Below, piece after piece: positions 1 to 6,127 of a DNA stretch of 44,286 nucleotides. Under the pieces are notes generated by a model. That model ran no database searches. It worked only from the letters and a program-made list of their open reading frames with translations, and was not told where the DNA came from. A program made the position numbers and the translations under genes. Numbering within the stretch: the first letter of the stretch is position 1; every line of letters begins with the position of its first letter. Source of the stretch: a virus; the IMG/VR virus record IMGVR_UViG_3300022904_000001; one strand, written 5' to 3'.

Positions 1-127
1 CTGCAACGGCCAGGGCGGCATCAACACCGGCAACGTCTGACCTGACCACCCAGAAGGGCCCGGAGAGGATTCCTCTCCGGGCCCTTCTGGGCATCCCCTC
101 ACGCCTTCAACGCAAGCATGCCCTCCC
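1..127. repeat. 127-bp terminal overlap, exact copy of 44160..44286 (circular contig closure)
   Basis: Read end to end; both copies are identical. The length is typical of an assembler k-mer overlap. Unique genome length is therefore 44159 bp. Confidence 0.9.
49..91. terminator. Bidirectional intrinsic-terminator-like hairpin (21-bp perfect arms)
   Basis: Arms cccagaagggcccggagagga / t / tcctctccgggcccttctggg. Lies between the convergent 44065..44199(+) gene and the 99..1916(-) gene. Same element as 44208..44250. Confidence 0.75.
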
Positions 128-1916
128 GCCAGTGGTACAGCGCGCCCATGTCATACAGCCTGGCCTCCGTCTGGCCATACGGCTGGCCATCCGGTTTGGC
201 CAGCGGCTCCGGGAAGCCGGCCAGCGTGCTGGCCCGGCGCAGAGTGGCCAACGTGATGGCCATCGGCCCGTCCTGGCCAGGCAGATTGGCCAGCGCTTCG
301 GCCAGTGTGACCGCACTGGCCAGCGCCGGCCGGGATTGGCCAGTGGCCACCGATGTCCAGGACTGGCCAAGGATCGGGCCAGTGGCCATGTCCAGGCCAG
401 AGACGATGGCCAGCGCTTCGGCCTCCGACAACCAGGGGACACGGAAGATCTCGAACTCGTCCGCTCTGGCCACTCCCCACACACCGCGCTCGCGCGACGT
501 GCAGGCCACGTAGTCCATCGTGTCCACCAACATCTTCCAGAGCTTGCGATCCCAGCGCGCGATGAAGCGGCCACCCTGGAAGCTCTCCCGGATGTCACCG
601 CCGTTGCCGCCGAAGATCGATGCGGACGCGCGCTGCGCCGCGACGATCACGTGCATCTTCAATTCGCGGCCCATGCACACGCTCTCCTGCATGGCCACGA
701 TGGCCGGCGACTGGACAGGCGGGTCCAGATCGGCCACCTCGAACGGTGCATCATCGGCCTGCGCCTGCTTGGCCGCGAGCATGATCTCTTTGCGCAGGCC
801 GCGCCAATACCTGATCAGCTTTTTGGCCTGGACGTTGGCCTCTTCGACCATGATGATCACGCGACGCTGGCCGACGAGCTCCTCCTCCGGCAGCTCGATG
901 CGTCGCTTGATCTCCTCGCCGATGGCCATCCACGTCTCATGCAGGTCGGCATCGCGGTACGCGTAGATCACTTGGTCTTTGCTGAGCTTGCCGCCACCCG
1001 CCCATCGCCAGTGCGAGAAGCGCTTCGGATCCAGGATGATTCCGCCGTCACCCTTCTCGATCCGCTGCACCATGAAGACGCGGGCAAGTACCGTCTTGCC
1101 GGTGCCCGCGGCGCCGGACATGAGGAAGTGGGGAGAGTCTTCGACCATGCTGACCTTGACGAGGTGGCCTTGCGCCTTGCGTCCGACGATCACCTCGTCA
1201 TCCGCACATTCCTCGATGGCCTTACGCAGGCTGGCGAAGGTCACCTCCCCGGGCGGCAGCGGCGCGGAGGAGAGGTCGACGCAGACGTTCGTGCCTGCCT
1301 CGCTCCACTCCCCGCGTACGGGCGCGGGGATGCCGAGCCGAGCGCCGACGTTCTCGGTGAGGGCTGCCTTGGATCGCGGATTCAGGGGCACGTGCACGGG
1401 CAGATGCACGCGCACTGTGCCTTGCGCTTCCTTGCCCCAGTTGGGAGGAAGCTCGATCGCCTCGCGGCCGGCGCGTTTGGTGTAGCGGCCACCGGTGAGC
1501 GAGAACAGCACGCGCGCCGCGGGATCGACGTACTCGCGGTTCAGCCGGCCGCGGCGCAGCAGATGAACAAATGATCTGGCAACCCACCACATCGCAATCA
1601 GCCAGGTAGCAAGAGCCCAGGCGACGGCGATCTTCCAGCCGGCCAGAGGCAGCAGGGCCAGCGGCACGGTCAGGGCAGCGTGCCGGCGCGCGAGACGCTG
1701 CCAGATCGGACCGCTCAGCGTCATGTACGGGCGAGCGCGGTAGTCGATCGTGGCGCGGTGCAGGAAGGTGGCGTTATCGCCGGGGCCGCGGAGCTGCTGG
1801 CCGGTGATGAGGTACCGGCCGAGGATGCGCAGCGGGAGCGGGACACGCGCGTGCTCGCCACGCCAGGAGATCAGTGGGGCCGAATTTTGAGGCACCTGAT
1901 CGACTCTAGCGCACAT
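99..1916 (-). CDS. FtsK/SpoIIIE-family DNA translocase, TraB-like architecture
   Basis: 605-aa ORF. N-terminal hydrophobic helices (LTVPLALLPLAGWKIAVAWALATWLIAMWWVA), Walker A GAAGTGKT, Walker B-like VIIMVEEAN, and a low-complexity C-terminal tail. Confidence 0.85.
   Translation of the reverse strand: MCARVDQVPQNSAPLISWRGEHARVPLPLRILGRYLITGQQLRGPGDNATFLHRATIDYRARPYMTLSGPIWQRLARRHAALTVPLALLPLAGWKIAVAWALATWLIAMWWVARSFVHLLRRGRLNREYVDPAARVLFSLTGGRYTKRAGREAIELPPNWGKEAQGTVRVHLPVHVPLNPRSKAALTENVGARLGIPAPVRGEWSEAGTNVCVDLSSAPLPPGEVTFASLRKAIEECADDEVIVGRKAQGHLVKVSMVEDSPHFLMSGAAGTGKTVLARVFMVQRIEKGDGGIILDPKRFSHWRWAGGGKLSKDQVIYAYRDADLHETWMAIGEEIKRRIELPEEELVGQRRVIIMVEEANVQAKKLIRYWRGLRKEIMLAAKQAQADDAPFEVADLDPPVQSPAIVAMQESVCMGRELKMHVIVAAQRASASIFGGNGGDIRESFQGGRFIARWDRKLWKMLVDTMDYVACTSRERGVWGVARADEFEIFRVPWLSEAEALAIVSGLDMATGPILGQSWTSVATGQSRPALASAVTLAEALANLPGQDGPMAITLATLRRASTLAGFPEPLAKPDGQPYGQTEARLYDMGALYHWREGMLALKA
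172..472. repeat. TGGCCA hexamer array 1 (14 copies in 301 bp) inside the 3' end of the translocase gene
   Basis: Copies start at 172,184,197,245,257,274,287,317,337,344,364,383,407,467. There are also several GGCCAG near-copies. The 17-mer tggccagcgcttcggcc is duplicated at 287 and 407. Confidence 0.9.
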
Positions 1917-1935
1917 GTGACCAATACGTCACATG
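1914..1935. promoter_or_regulatory. Operator-like inverted repeat in the divergent translocase / 1988-operon control region
   Basis: CATGTGAC-caatac-GTCACATG (8-bp perfect arms). A third half-site, gtcacacg, starts near 1960. The repeat overlaps the annotated translocase start codon. Confidence 0.45.
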
Positions 1936-1987
1936 ACCTTTCGGACCTATACCCTATTCGTCACACGTTGCCGTACGATCAGGGTCC

Positions 1988-2185
1988 ATGGACGCAAATA
2001 TGCAAGTTGCACGCGAGCACCTGGCAGAGGGGGAGCGCCTACTGAAGCGCAGCGCCAGGCCGGGCGGGAGCGATGCCGAAGACGCCCGGCTCGCGACCAT
2101 GGCTACGGCCCACTTCATGGCCTCGATGGCCGTGACGAACATCCTGCTTGCCGATCCGCCGGAGGGGCCCGATGTCACCTACTGA
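1988..2185 (+). CDS. hypothetical protein (65 aa)
   Basis: ORF track. First gene of a plus-strand cassette between two minus-strand blocks. Confidence 0.55.
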   Translation: MDANMQVAREHLAEGERLLKRSARPGGSDAEDARLATMATAHFMASMAVTNILLADPPEGPDVTY

Positions 2186-2342
2186 GCGCTCCACGTCCTG
2201 GCGGGACACGCGCCCGATGAACTGGGCACGGACGGCCAACCGGCTCCGCAAGGCGGCACAGGAACTGCGCGAACACGGCTTCAGCGTGGCTGAGCCAGCC
2301 GACTTCGACACTCCGCCAGAACGACGTATTGCGTCCACGTGA
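2172..2342 (+). CDS. hypothetical protein (56 aa; alternative start 2148)
   Basis: ORF 2148..2342. The internal ATG at 2172 gives a shorter overlap with the upstream gene. Confidence 0.45.
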   Translation: MSPTERSTSWRDTRPMNWARTANRLRKAAQELREHGFSVAEPADFDTPPERRIAST

Positions 2343-2346
2343 TTCG

Positions 2347-2361
2347 TCTGCCATAGTAGAG
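2347..2361 (+). promoter_or_regulatory. Member of conserved promoter motif family (tctgcCATAGTagag)
   Basis: -10 CATAGT at 2352-2357. The flanks (ttcgtctgc, agag) match the copy at 43790. Leadered; lies upstream of 2438. Confidence 0.55.
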
Positions 2362-2437
2362 ACAACATCGGCCGTGGCGGGCTGAGGCAACATCAACTCC
2401 CCGCTGCGGCCGGTCCATCTACGCGCAGGGAGTCACC

Positions 2438-2908
2438 GTGCTCGCCAAGTACAAGCGGCGCAAGCCGGGTGTCTACCTCTACCGGACGTTCCGGCACATG
2501 CGACCGGGCACGGAGTGGGGATACGCCGGCAAGAGCCGCAACCTGGACGCACGAGCGCTCTGCCACGCCGGCGCCTGCCACCACGTGGACTGCCTTGAGA
2601 AGTCCTGGCATGACCTGATCGTCTTCCGCTGGACACTGCGACTCCCGTGGTGGCTCGGCTGGGACTGGATCACGCTGTCGATCGAGACGCTGCTCATCCT
2701 GGTCACAGGCCCTCGCTACAACTGGCAGAAGAATCCGTGGTCGCACAAGGTCGGCCCGCGCGGCCAGGCGCAGCAGCGCGCGCAGCGTGACCTCTACCCG
2801 CGCGTGCAGAGCGCCTACCGCAAGACGACGCTCGCCTACAACCTGATCAGCATGCTCGGAATCATCATCATTTTGGTAGGAATTGGAGGCTACGTATGGA
2901 CGCGGTGA
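2438..2908 (+). CDS. GIY-YIG-like nuclease domain protein with C-terminal transmembrane helix
   Basis: GTG start. GVYLYR..(13)..GYAGKSRNLDAR, then SIETLLILVTGPRYNWQKN, which resembles the UvrC-type E..LI....P.YN motif. C-terminal hydrophobic segment LISMLGIIIILVGIGGYVW. Confidence 0.5.
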   Translation: MLAKYKRRKPGVYLYRTFRHMRPGTEWGYAGKSRNLDARALCHAGACHHVDCLEKSWHDLIVFRWTLRLPWWLGWDWITLSIETLLILVTGPRYNWQKNPWSHKVGPRGQAQQRAQRDLYPRVQSAYRKTTLAYNLISMLGIIIILVGIGGYVWTR

Positions 2909-3129
2909 AAGTGATCGACGAGGGATACACCGTCTCGGGCCTGCCGGACGGAGACACGGTCCGCGTCCGGTGGACGATCTCCGCGACGTCATACACGGAG
3001 ATCGTCATCACGGAGCATCACGGCCAGACACGCTCCTTCGACCTCGACGGCTTCAGGGATTATGTCGACGGTCTGAAGGTCGCACTCGACTACGCCGAAA
3101 ATACGCAGGGAAGGAACGCCAGGGCATGA
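2896..3129 (+). CDS. hypothetical protein (77 aa)
   Basis: ORF track. GGAGG sits 6 nt upstream of the ATG. Confidence 0.6.
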   Translation: MDAVKVIDEGYTVSGLPDGDTVRVRWTISATSYTEIVITEHHGQTRSFDLDGFRDYVDGLKVALDYAENTQGRNARA

Positions 3130-3611
3130 GCGCCCCCGACAAGACGTTGGTCATGCGCCCCGGCGCGCTCGTGGTCCGCACGCCGGCCGCGGCGCCCGCC
3201 CGGCCCACCCGCGTCTACAGCGCCGGCTACCACCAGAAGCACGTACTCATGGCGGACATCGCGCGCATGGAGCAGGCAGGCGAGATCGAGCGCCTGCGCC
3301 GCAAGCCGCTCTGGAATCAGGACGTTCAGCTCTGGGAGATCCCCGTGCGCGTCCTGCGCGAGCCGCGCAGGCGGATGTCCGCGCGCCGCAAGGCGGCCAT
3401 CATCGCCGGCATCGTGGTCGCGTTCCTGGCCGGCATGTTCGCGGCCGGCTGGTGGCTGCTTACCGCGCTCAACACGGCAGCGTTCCTGACCTTCGCCGGC
3501 GCCGTGCTCGCCGGCCTCGTGCTCCTGATGCTTGCCGGCCGGCGTTCAAGCGGGGGTGGAACGGTGACGGCGACCGCGGTAGCCGTGGCGTCGGTGACGG
3601 TGCGCCGATGA
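3126..3611 (+). CDS. membrane protein (161 aa), 2-3 C-terminal TM helices
   Basis: ATGA overlap with the upstream stop. Hydrophobic segments IIAGIVVAFLAGMFAAGWWLL and FLTFAGAVLAGLVLLMLAG. Confidence 0.6.
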   Translation: MSAPDKTLVMRPGALVVRTPAAAPARPTRVYSAGYHQKHVLMADIARMEQAGEIERLRRKPLWNQDVQLWEIPVRVLREPRRRMSARRKAAIIAGIVVAFLAGMFAAGWWLLTALNTAAFLTFAGAVLAGLVLLMLAGRRSSGGGTVTATAVAVASVTVRR

Positions 3612-3633
3612 CGATCGATTGGGATTAGACGTA

Positions 3634-3677
3634 GAAGAAGGGGCCCTCCCGCATCCACCGGGGAGGGCCCCTTCTTC
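3634..3677. terminator. Bidirectional terminator hairpin (17-bp arms)
   Basis: gaagaaggggccctccc / 10-nt loop / gggagggccccttcttc. Lies between the convergent genes ending at 3611(+) and 3713(-). Confidence 0.75.
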
Positions 3678-3712
3678 CGTGTCGGTCACCACGCCAACGT
3701 GCGCAGCGTAGC

Positions 3713-3955
3713 TCAGCGATTCTTCTTGAGCCAGGCTGTGAGCAGACCGGACACGCCGGCCGCAGCGGCGACCGCGGTGCCGGCCCACCAGCCGGACCAC
3801 GTCGAAGTGTCCAAGTCGGTGAGCCAGGCGAGTACGCCGGTTGCGCCGACCGTCAACGCCCACTGGACGGCGATGCCGACCTTGGACTCCTTGGCCAGTG
3901 CGTGTGAGCCGTCACCGTTCGGGCCCTGGTTGATCGGGTTACCCATGGTCATCAC
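3713..3955 (-). CDS. putative holin / small membrane protein (80 aa)
   Basis: Two hydrophobic segments and a basic C-terminus (LKKNR). Last gene of the lysis cassette. Confidence 0.5.
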   Translation of the reverse strand: MMTMGNPINQGPNGDGSHALAKESKVGIAVQWALTVGATGVLAWLTDLDTSTWSGWWAGTAVAAAAGVSGLLTAWLKKNR

Positions 3956-4281
3956 CTCTCGTAACAGCGATACGTCACGGCCAGATCATGCCATGCCTTG
4001 GCCGCTGCTTTGCCGACCTCGCTCTCGGCCTCACTGAAGACGCGCTCCTGCGCCAGGAACACGCCGCACAGCCCGCGCCGATTAACCTCTGCCAACTGCT
4101 GCGCCTTTACGTCGGCCTCCGCCTGCGCTCGCCTGTCGTTCTCGATCGCGTTCTGCGTGAGGTTGAGGTTGACCACCACGGACAGTGCCGCGCTGGCCGC
4201 GGTGAGACCGACCACCACTACCCAGGAGTACCAGCCGGGGTGACCGTGCTCGCGAAACCATCGCTTCAGCGGCACAGTCAC
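3952..4281 (-). CDS. membrane-anchored protein (109 aa), lysis cassette
   Basis: N-terminal TM segment (WYSWVVVVGLTAASAALSVVV), then a charged helical region. ATGA overlaps on both sides. Confidence 0.55.
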   Translation of the reverse strand: MTVPLKRWFREHGHPGWYSWVVVVGLTAASAALSVVVNLNLTQNAIENDRRAQAEADVKAQQLAEVNRRGLCGVFLAQERVFSEAESEVGKAAAKAWHDLAVTYRCYER

Positions 4282-4559
4282 TCAGCTCCCGAGGATGCGC
4301 CAGGCGATGATTCCGATGACGCCGGCAAGGGAGCCTCCGGCAGCGATGCGGCCGTAGAGGCTGCTCCGCCGGAGCGCGCCTGCCAGAGCTGCAACAGGCC
4401 GGGGGCGCCGATAAGTATTCCCGCCACGTACAGCGCCGTGTCGTTCGGATGGGGTGGCGGATCGAAGAACACGCCCGCCTGGCGGAACATGATCAGCCAC
4501 CCTCCCACCCATGCCACCGTGTCGCGCAGAAGCGTGGGCAGTCCAGGTCGCATGGTCAC
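4278..4559 (-). CDS. membrane protein (93 aa), lysis cassette
   Basis: Two hydrophobic segments. Follows the amidase gene. Confidence 0.5.
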   Translation of the reverse strand: MTMRPGLPTLLRDTVAWVGGWLIMFRQAGVFFDPPPHPNDTALYVAGILIGAPGLLQLWQARSGGAASTAASLPEAPLPASSESSPGASSGAE

Positions 4560-4603
4560 TCATGATCCACCTTACGGGGGAGAGGAAGTATCGGATCAGC
4601 AGC

Positions 4604-5473
4604 TCAGGAAGTCGGGTCTACCGGCTGGAGTTCCTTCAGCTCAGCCAGCAACTCCGCCGCCCGGGCGTCGATCTGCGCGGCCAGGATCTCGCGATCGTTA
4701 TCGTCCATCTGGACGTTCGCGAGGATCTTCTCTGCGGTGGCCTGCGTCTTCGCGACCGCGGCCAGAATCTGATTGCGGCGCGCGTCGGTGTACTGGATCC
4801 AGGTCTCCCACGGAAGGGAGCGCTCAGGATCGGCAGCGTCCTTGATCCTGCGAGCCATGAGCTGCTTGACCACCTCAGCAGCAACCTCGGAAGCGTCCAT
4901 GTCGTCGTCCTTGTCGTCGATGAAGCCCGCTTCCTTGCTCACCAAGGCAATGAAGCGGGACCACGGGAAAGACTTCCCGGGGTCGGTGTGCGTGCCGCCG
5001 TCCTGCGGGAACGCTTGCGTGATGTCCGCGTGACCGCAGAAGCCCTTCACGCCGGCAGCGACCTGCGCGGCGCTGAGCTTGCGGATCGGAATGTTCCACT
5101 TCCGCGCGTCCCGCGCTGCCTGCCTGGCCGCCTGCCGCAGAAGCGCGGCGTGGTACTCGTCGTCCCAGGTGCCGGCGCGCTTGACGGTAGTGCACAGCTC
5201 ATGGTGGATGCCGCGCTTGTTGCCCTGCGCGCGGGCGGTGTGCGCCTGATCCGCGGTGTGCACGCACTGAACAGTGGAGTTCGAGTCATGGAAGTAGTGC
5301 GCGCTCGTGCCGTCGGTGCGGCGCGCGTCGTACGCGGCGCCGTCTTCCGCGGATTCCGGCCGCGCGCTGCCCTCGGTCGTGTGGATGACCACCAGTTGGA
5401 CGGCGCTTCGGTTGGCGTTCGTCCAGGACTTCGGCGGGATCCAGAGGAGGTCCGGGTACTCGATGGACTTCAC
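4604..5473 (-). CDS. N-acetylmuramoyl-L-alanine amidase (amidase_2/PGRP-type) endolysin
   Basis: VVIHTTEG...SAHYF...GIHHE...CGHADI...THTDPG motifs, typical of the zinc amidase_2 fold. Position is after the tail genes. Confidence 0.8.
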   Translation of the reverse strand: MKSIEYPDLLWIPPKSWTNANRSAVQLVVIHTTEGSARPESAEDGAAYDARRTDGTSAHYFHDSNSTVQCVHTADQAHTARAQGNKRGIHHELCTTVKRAGTWDDEYHAALLRQAARQAARDARKWNIPIRKLSAAQVAAGVKGFCGHADITQAFPQDGGTHTDPGKSFPWSRFIALVSKEAGFIDDKDDDMDASEVAAEVVKQLMARRIKDAADPERSLPWETWIQYTDARRNQILAAVAKTQATAEKILANVQMDDNDREILAAQIDARAAELLAELKELQPVDPTS

Positions 5474-5610
5474 TGCATCAGCTCCGCGAGAGAGCCTGCG
5501 GCCAGGAAGGCGACGGCGAGCGCCAGCAGATTGACGCGAGAAGCGCTCACGAAAGCAGCCACCAGGCCGAGCACGACGGCAATCAGGTACAGGAATACGG
5601 CGATGGTCAT
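5470..5610 (-). CDS. small hydrophobic protein (46 aa), holin-like
   Basis: Internal ATG of ORF 5470..5679 with GGAAAGGAAG upstream. Almost entirely hydrophobic. ATGA overlap with the amidase start. Confidence 0.5.
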   Translation of the reverse strand: MTIAVFLYLIAVVLGLVAAFVSASRVNLLALAVAFLAAGSLAELMQ

Positions 5611-5641
5611 GAGTCTTCCTTTCCCCGTGCAGCGTACGGGA

Positions 5642-6127
5642 TCACGCGAGCGTGGGCGCCCACGAGAAATCAGCCGCATCGCCCACGCGGTAGACGTTCA
5701 GCGTGCACGGCGCCGTGCCGGACGCGCCGATGGATACCGTGTAGCCGGCCGTTCCGTTCATGGTCAGGCATAGCGCCGCGGCGACGGCGCTGCCGCCGAC
5801 CTGGAAGTAGCCGGTGTAGTGCGTGCCGTGCACGGCGCCGGTGGCGATCAGGGTGCGCCATCCGTCCAACTGCTGCCCGCCAGTGTTCGTCTTGCGCACC
5901 CGGAACAACGGCGAGTTGGTCCCGGTGGATACCGAGGCGGGACCGGTCGCGATGAACTTGTACGCCGTGTTCGCCTCGTAGGTGGCTGAGCCGATCGTCA
6001 GCACGGCAAGCTCGGTCGTGCCGACGGTAGGGCCGGCCGAGCCGGTGAGCGCGCCGCCGGCCACCCAGCGGACGCGGTCGTACTCGTCGAGGTCGGTGGG
6101 GTAGACGATGTCTCCGACGGCAACCAT
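5642..6127 (-). CDS. minor tail protein (161 aa)
   Basis: Start overlaps the upstream stop by 1 nt (TGATG). Gly/Thr-rich beta-type sequence. Last tail gene. Confidence 0.55.
   Translation of the reverse strand: MVAVGDIVYPTDLDEYDRVRWVAGGALTGSAGPTVGTTELAVLTIGSATYEANTAYKFIATGPASVSTGTNSPLFRVRKTNTGGQQLDGWRTLIATGAVHGTHYTGYFQVGGSAVAAALCLTMNGTAGYTVSIGASGTAPCTLNVYRVGDAADFSWAPTLA

Noticed and set aside
1-127. Direct terminal repeat that could be read as a biological DTR/LTR or as transposon ends
   Set aside because: It is an exact 127-bp identity at the two extreme ends of the window. It cuts through a gene (44065..44199) and a terminator. The most economical explanation is a circular-assembly k-mer overlap. 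True virion ends cannot be inferred from this sequence.
172-472. TGGCCA (MscI/BalI-type site) as a restriction-avoidance or restriction-decoy signature
   Set aside because: Outside the two arrays the hexamer occurs at about the expected background frequency, so there is no genome-wide avoidance. I have no evidence for a cognate methyltransferase in the genome. This is kept only as a minor alternative in the findings.
132-1574. Long plus-strand ORF (480 aa) and other overlapping ORFs opposite the translocase gene
   Set aside because: This is an Arg/Gly/His-rich shadow frame of a high-GC gene. The minus-strand frame carries clear Walker motifs. The same applies to 10702..12321(+), 18007..19515(+), 28729..30432(+), 35061..36023(-), 37763..38740(-) and similar ORFs.
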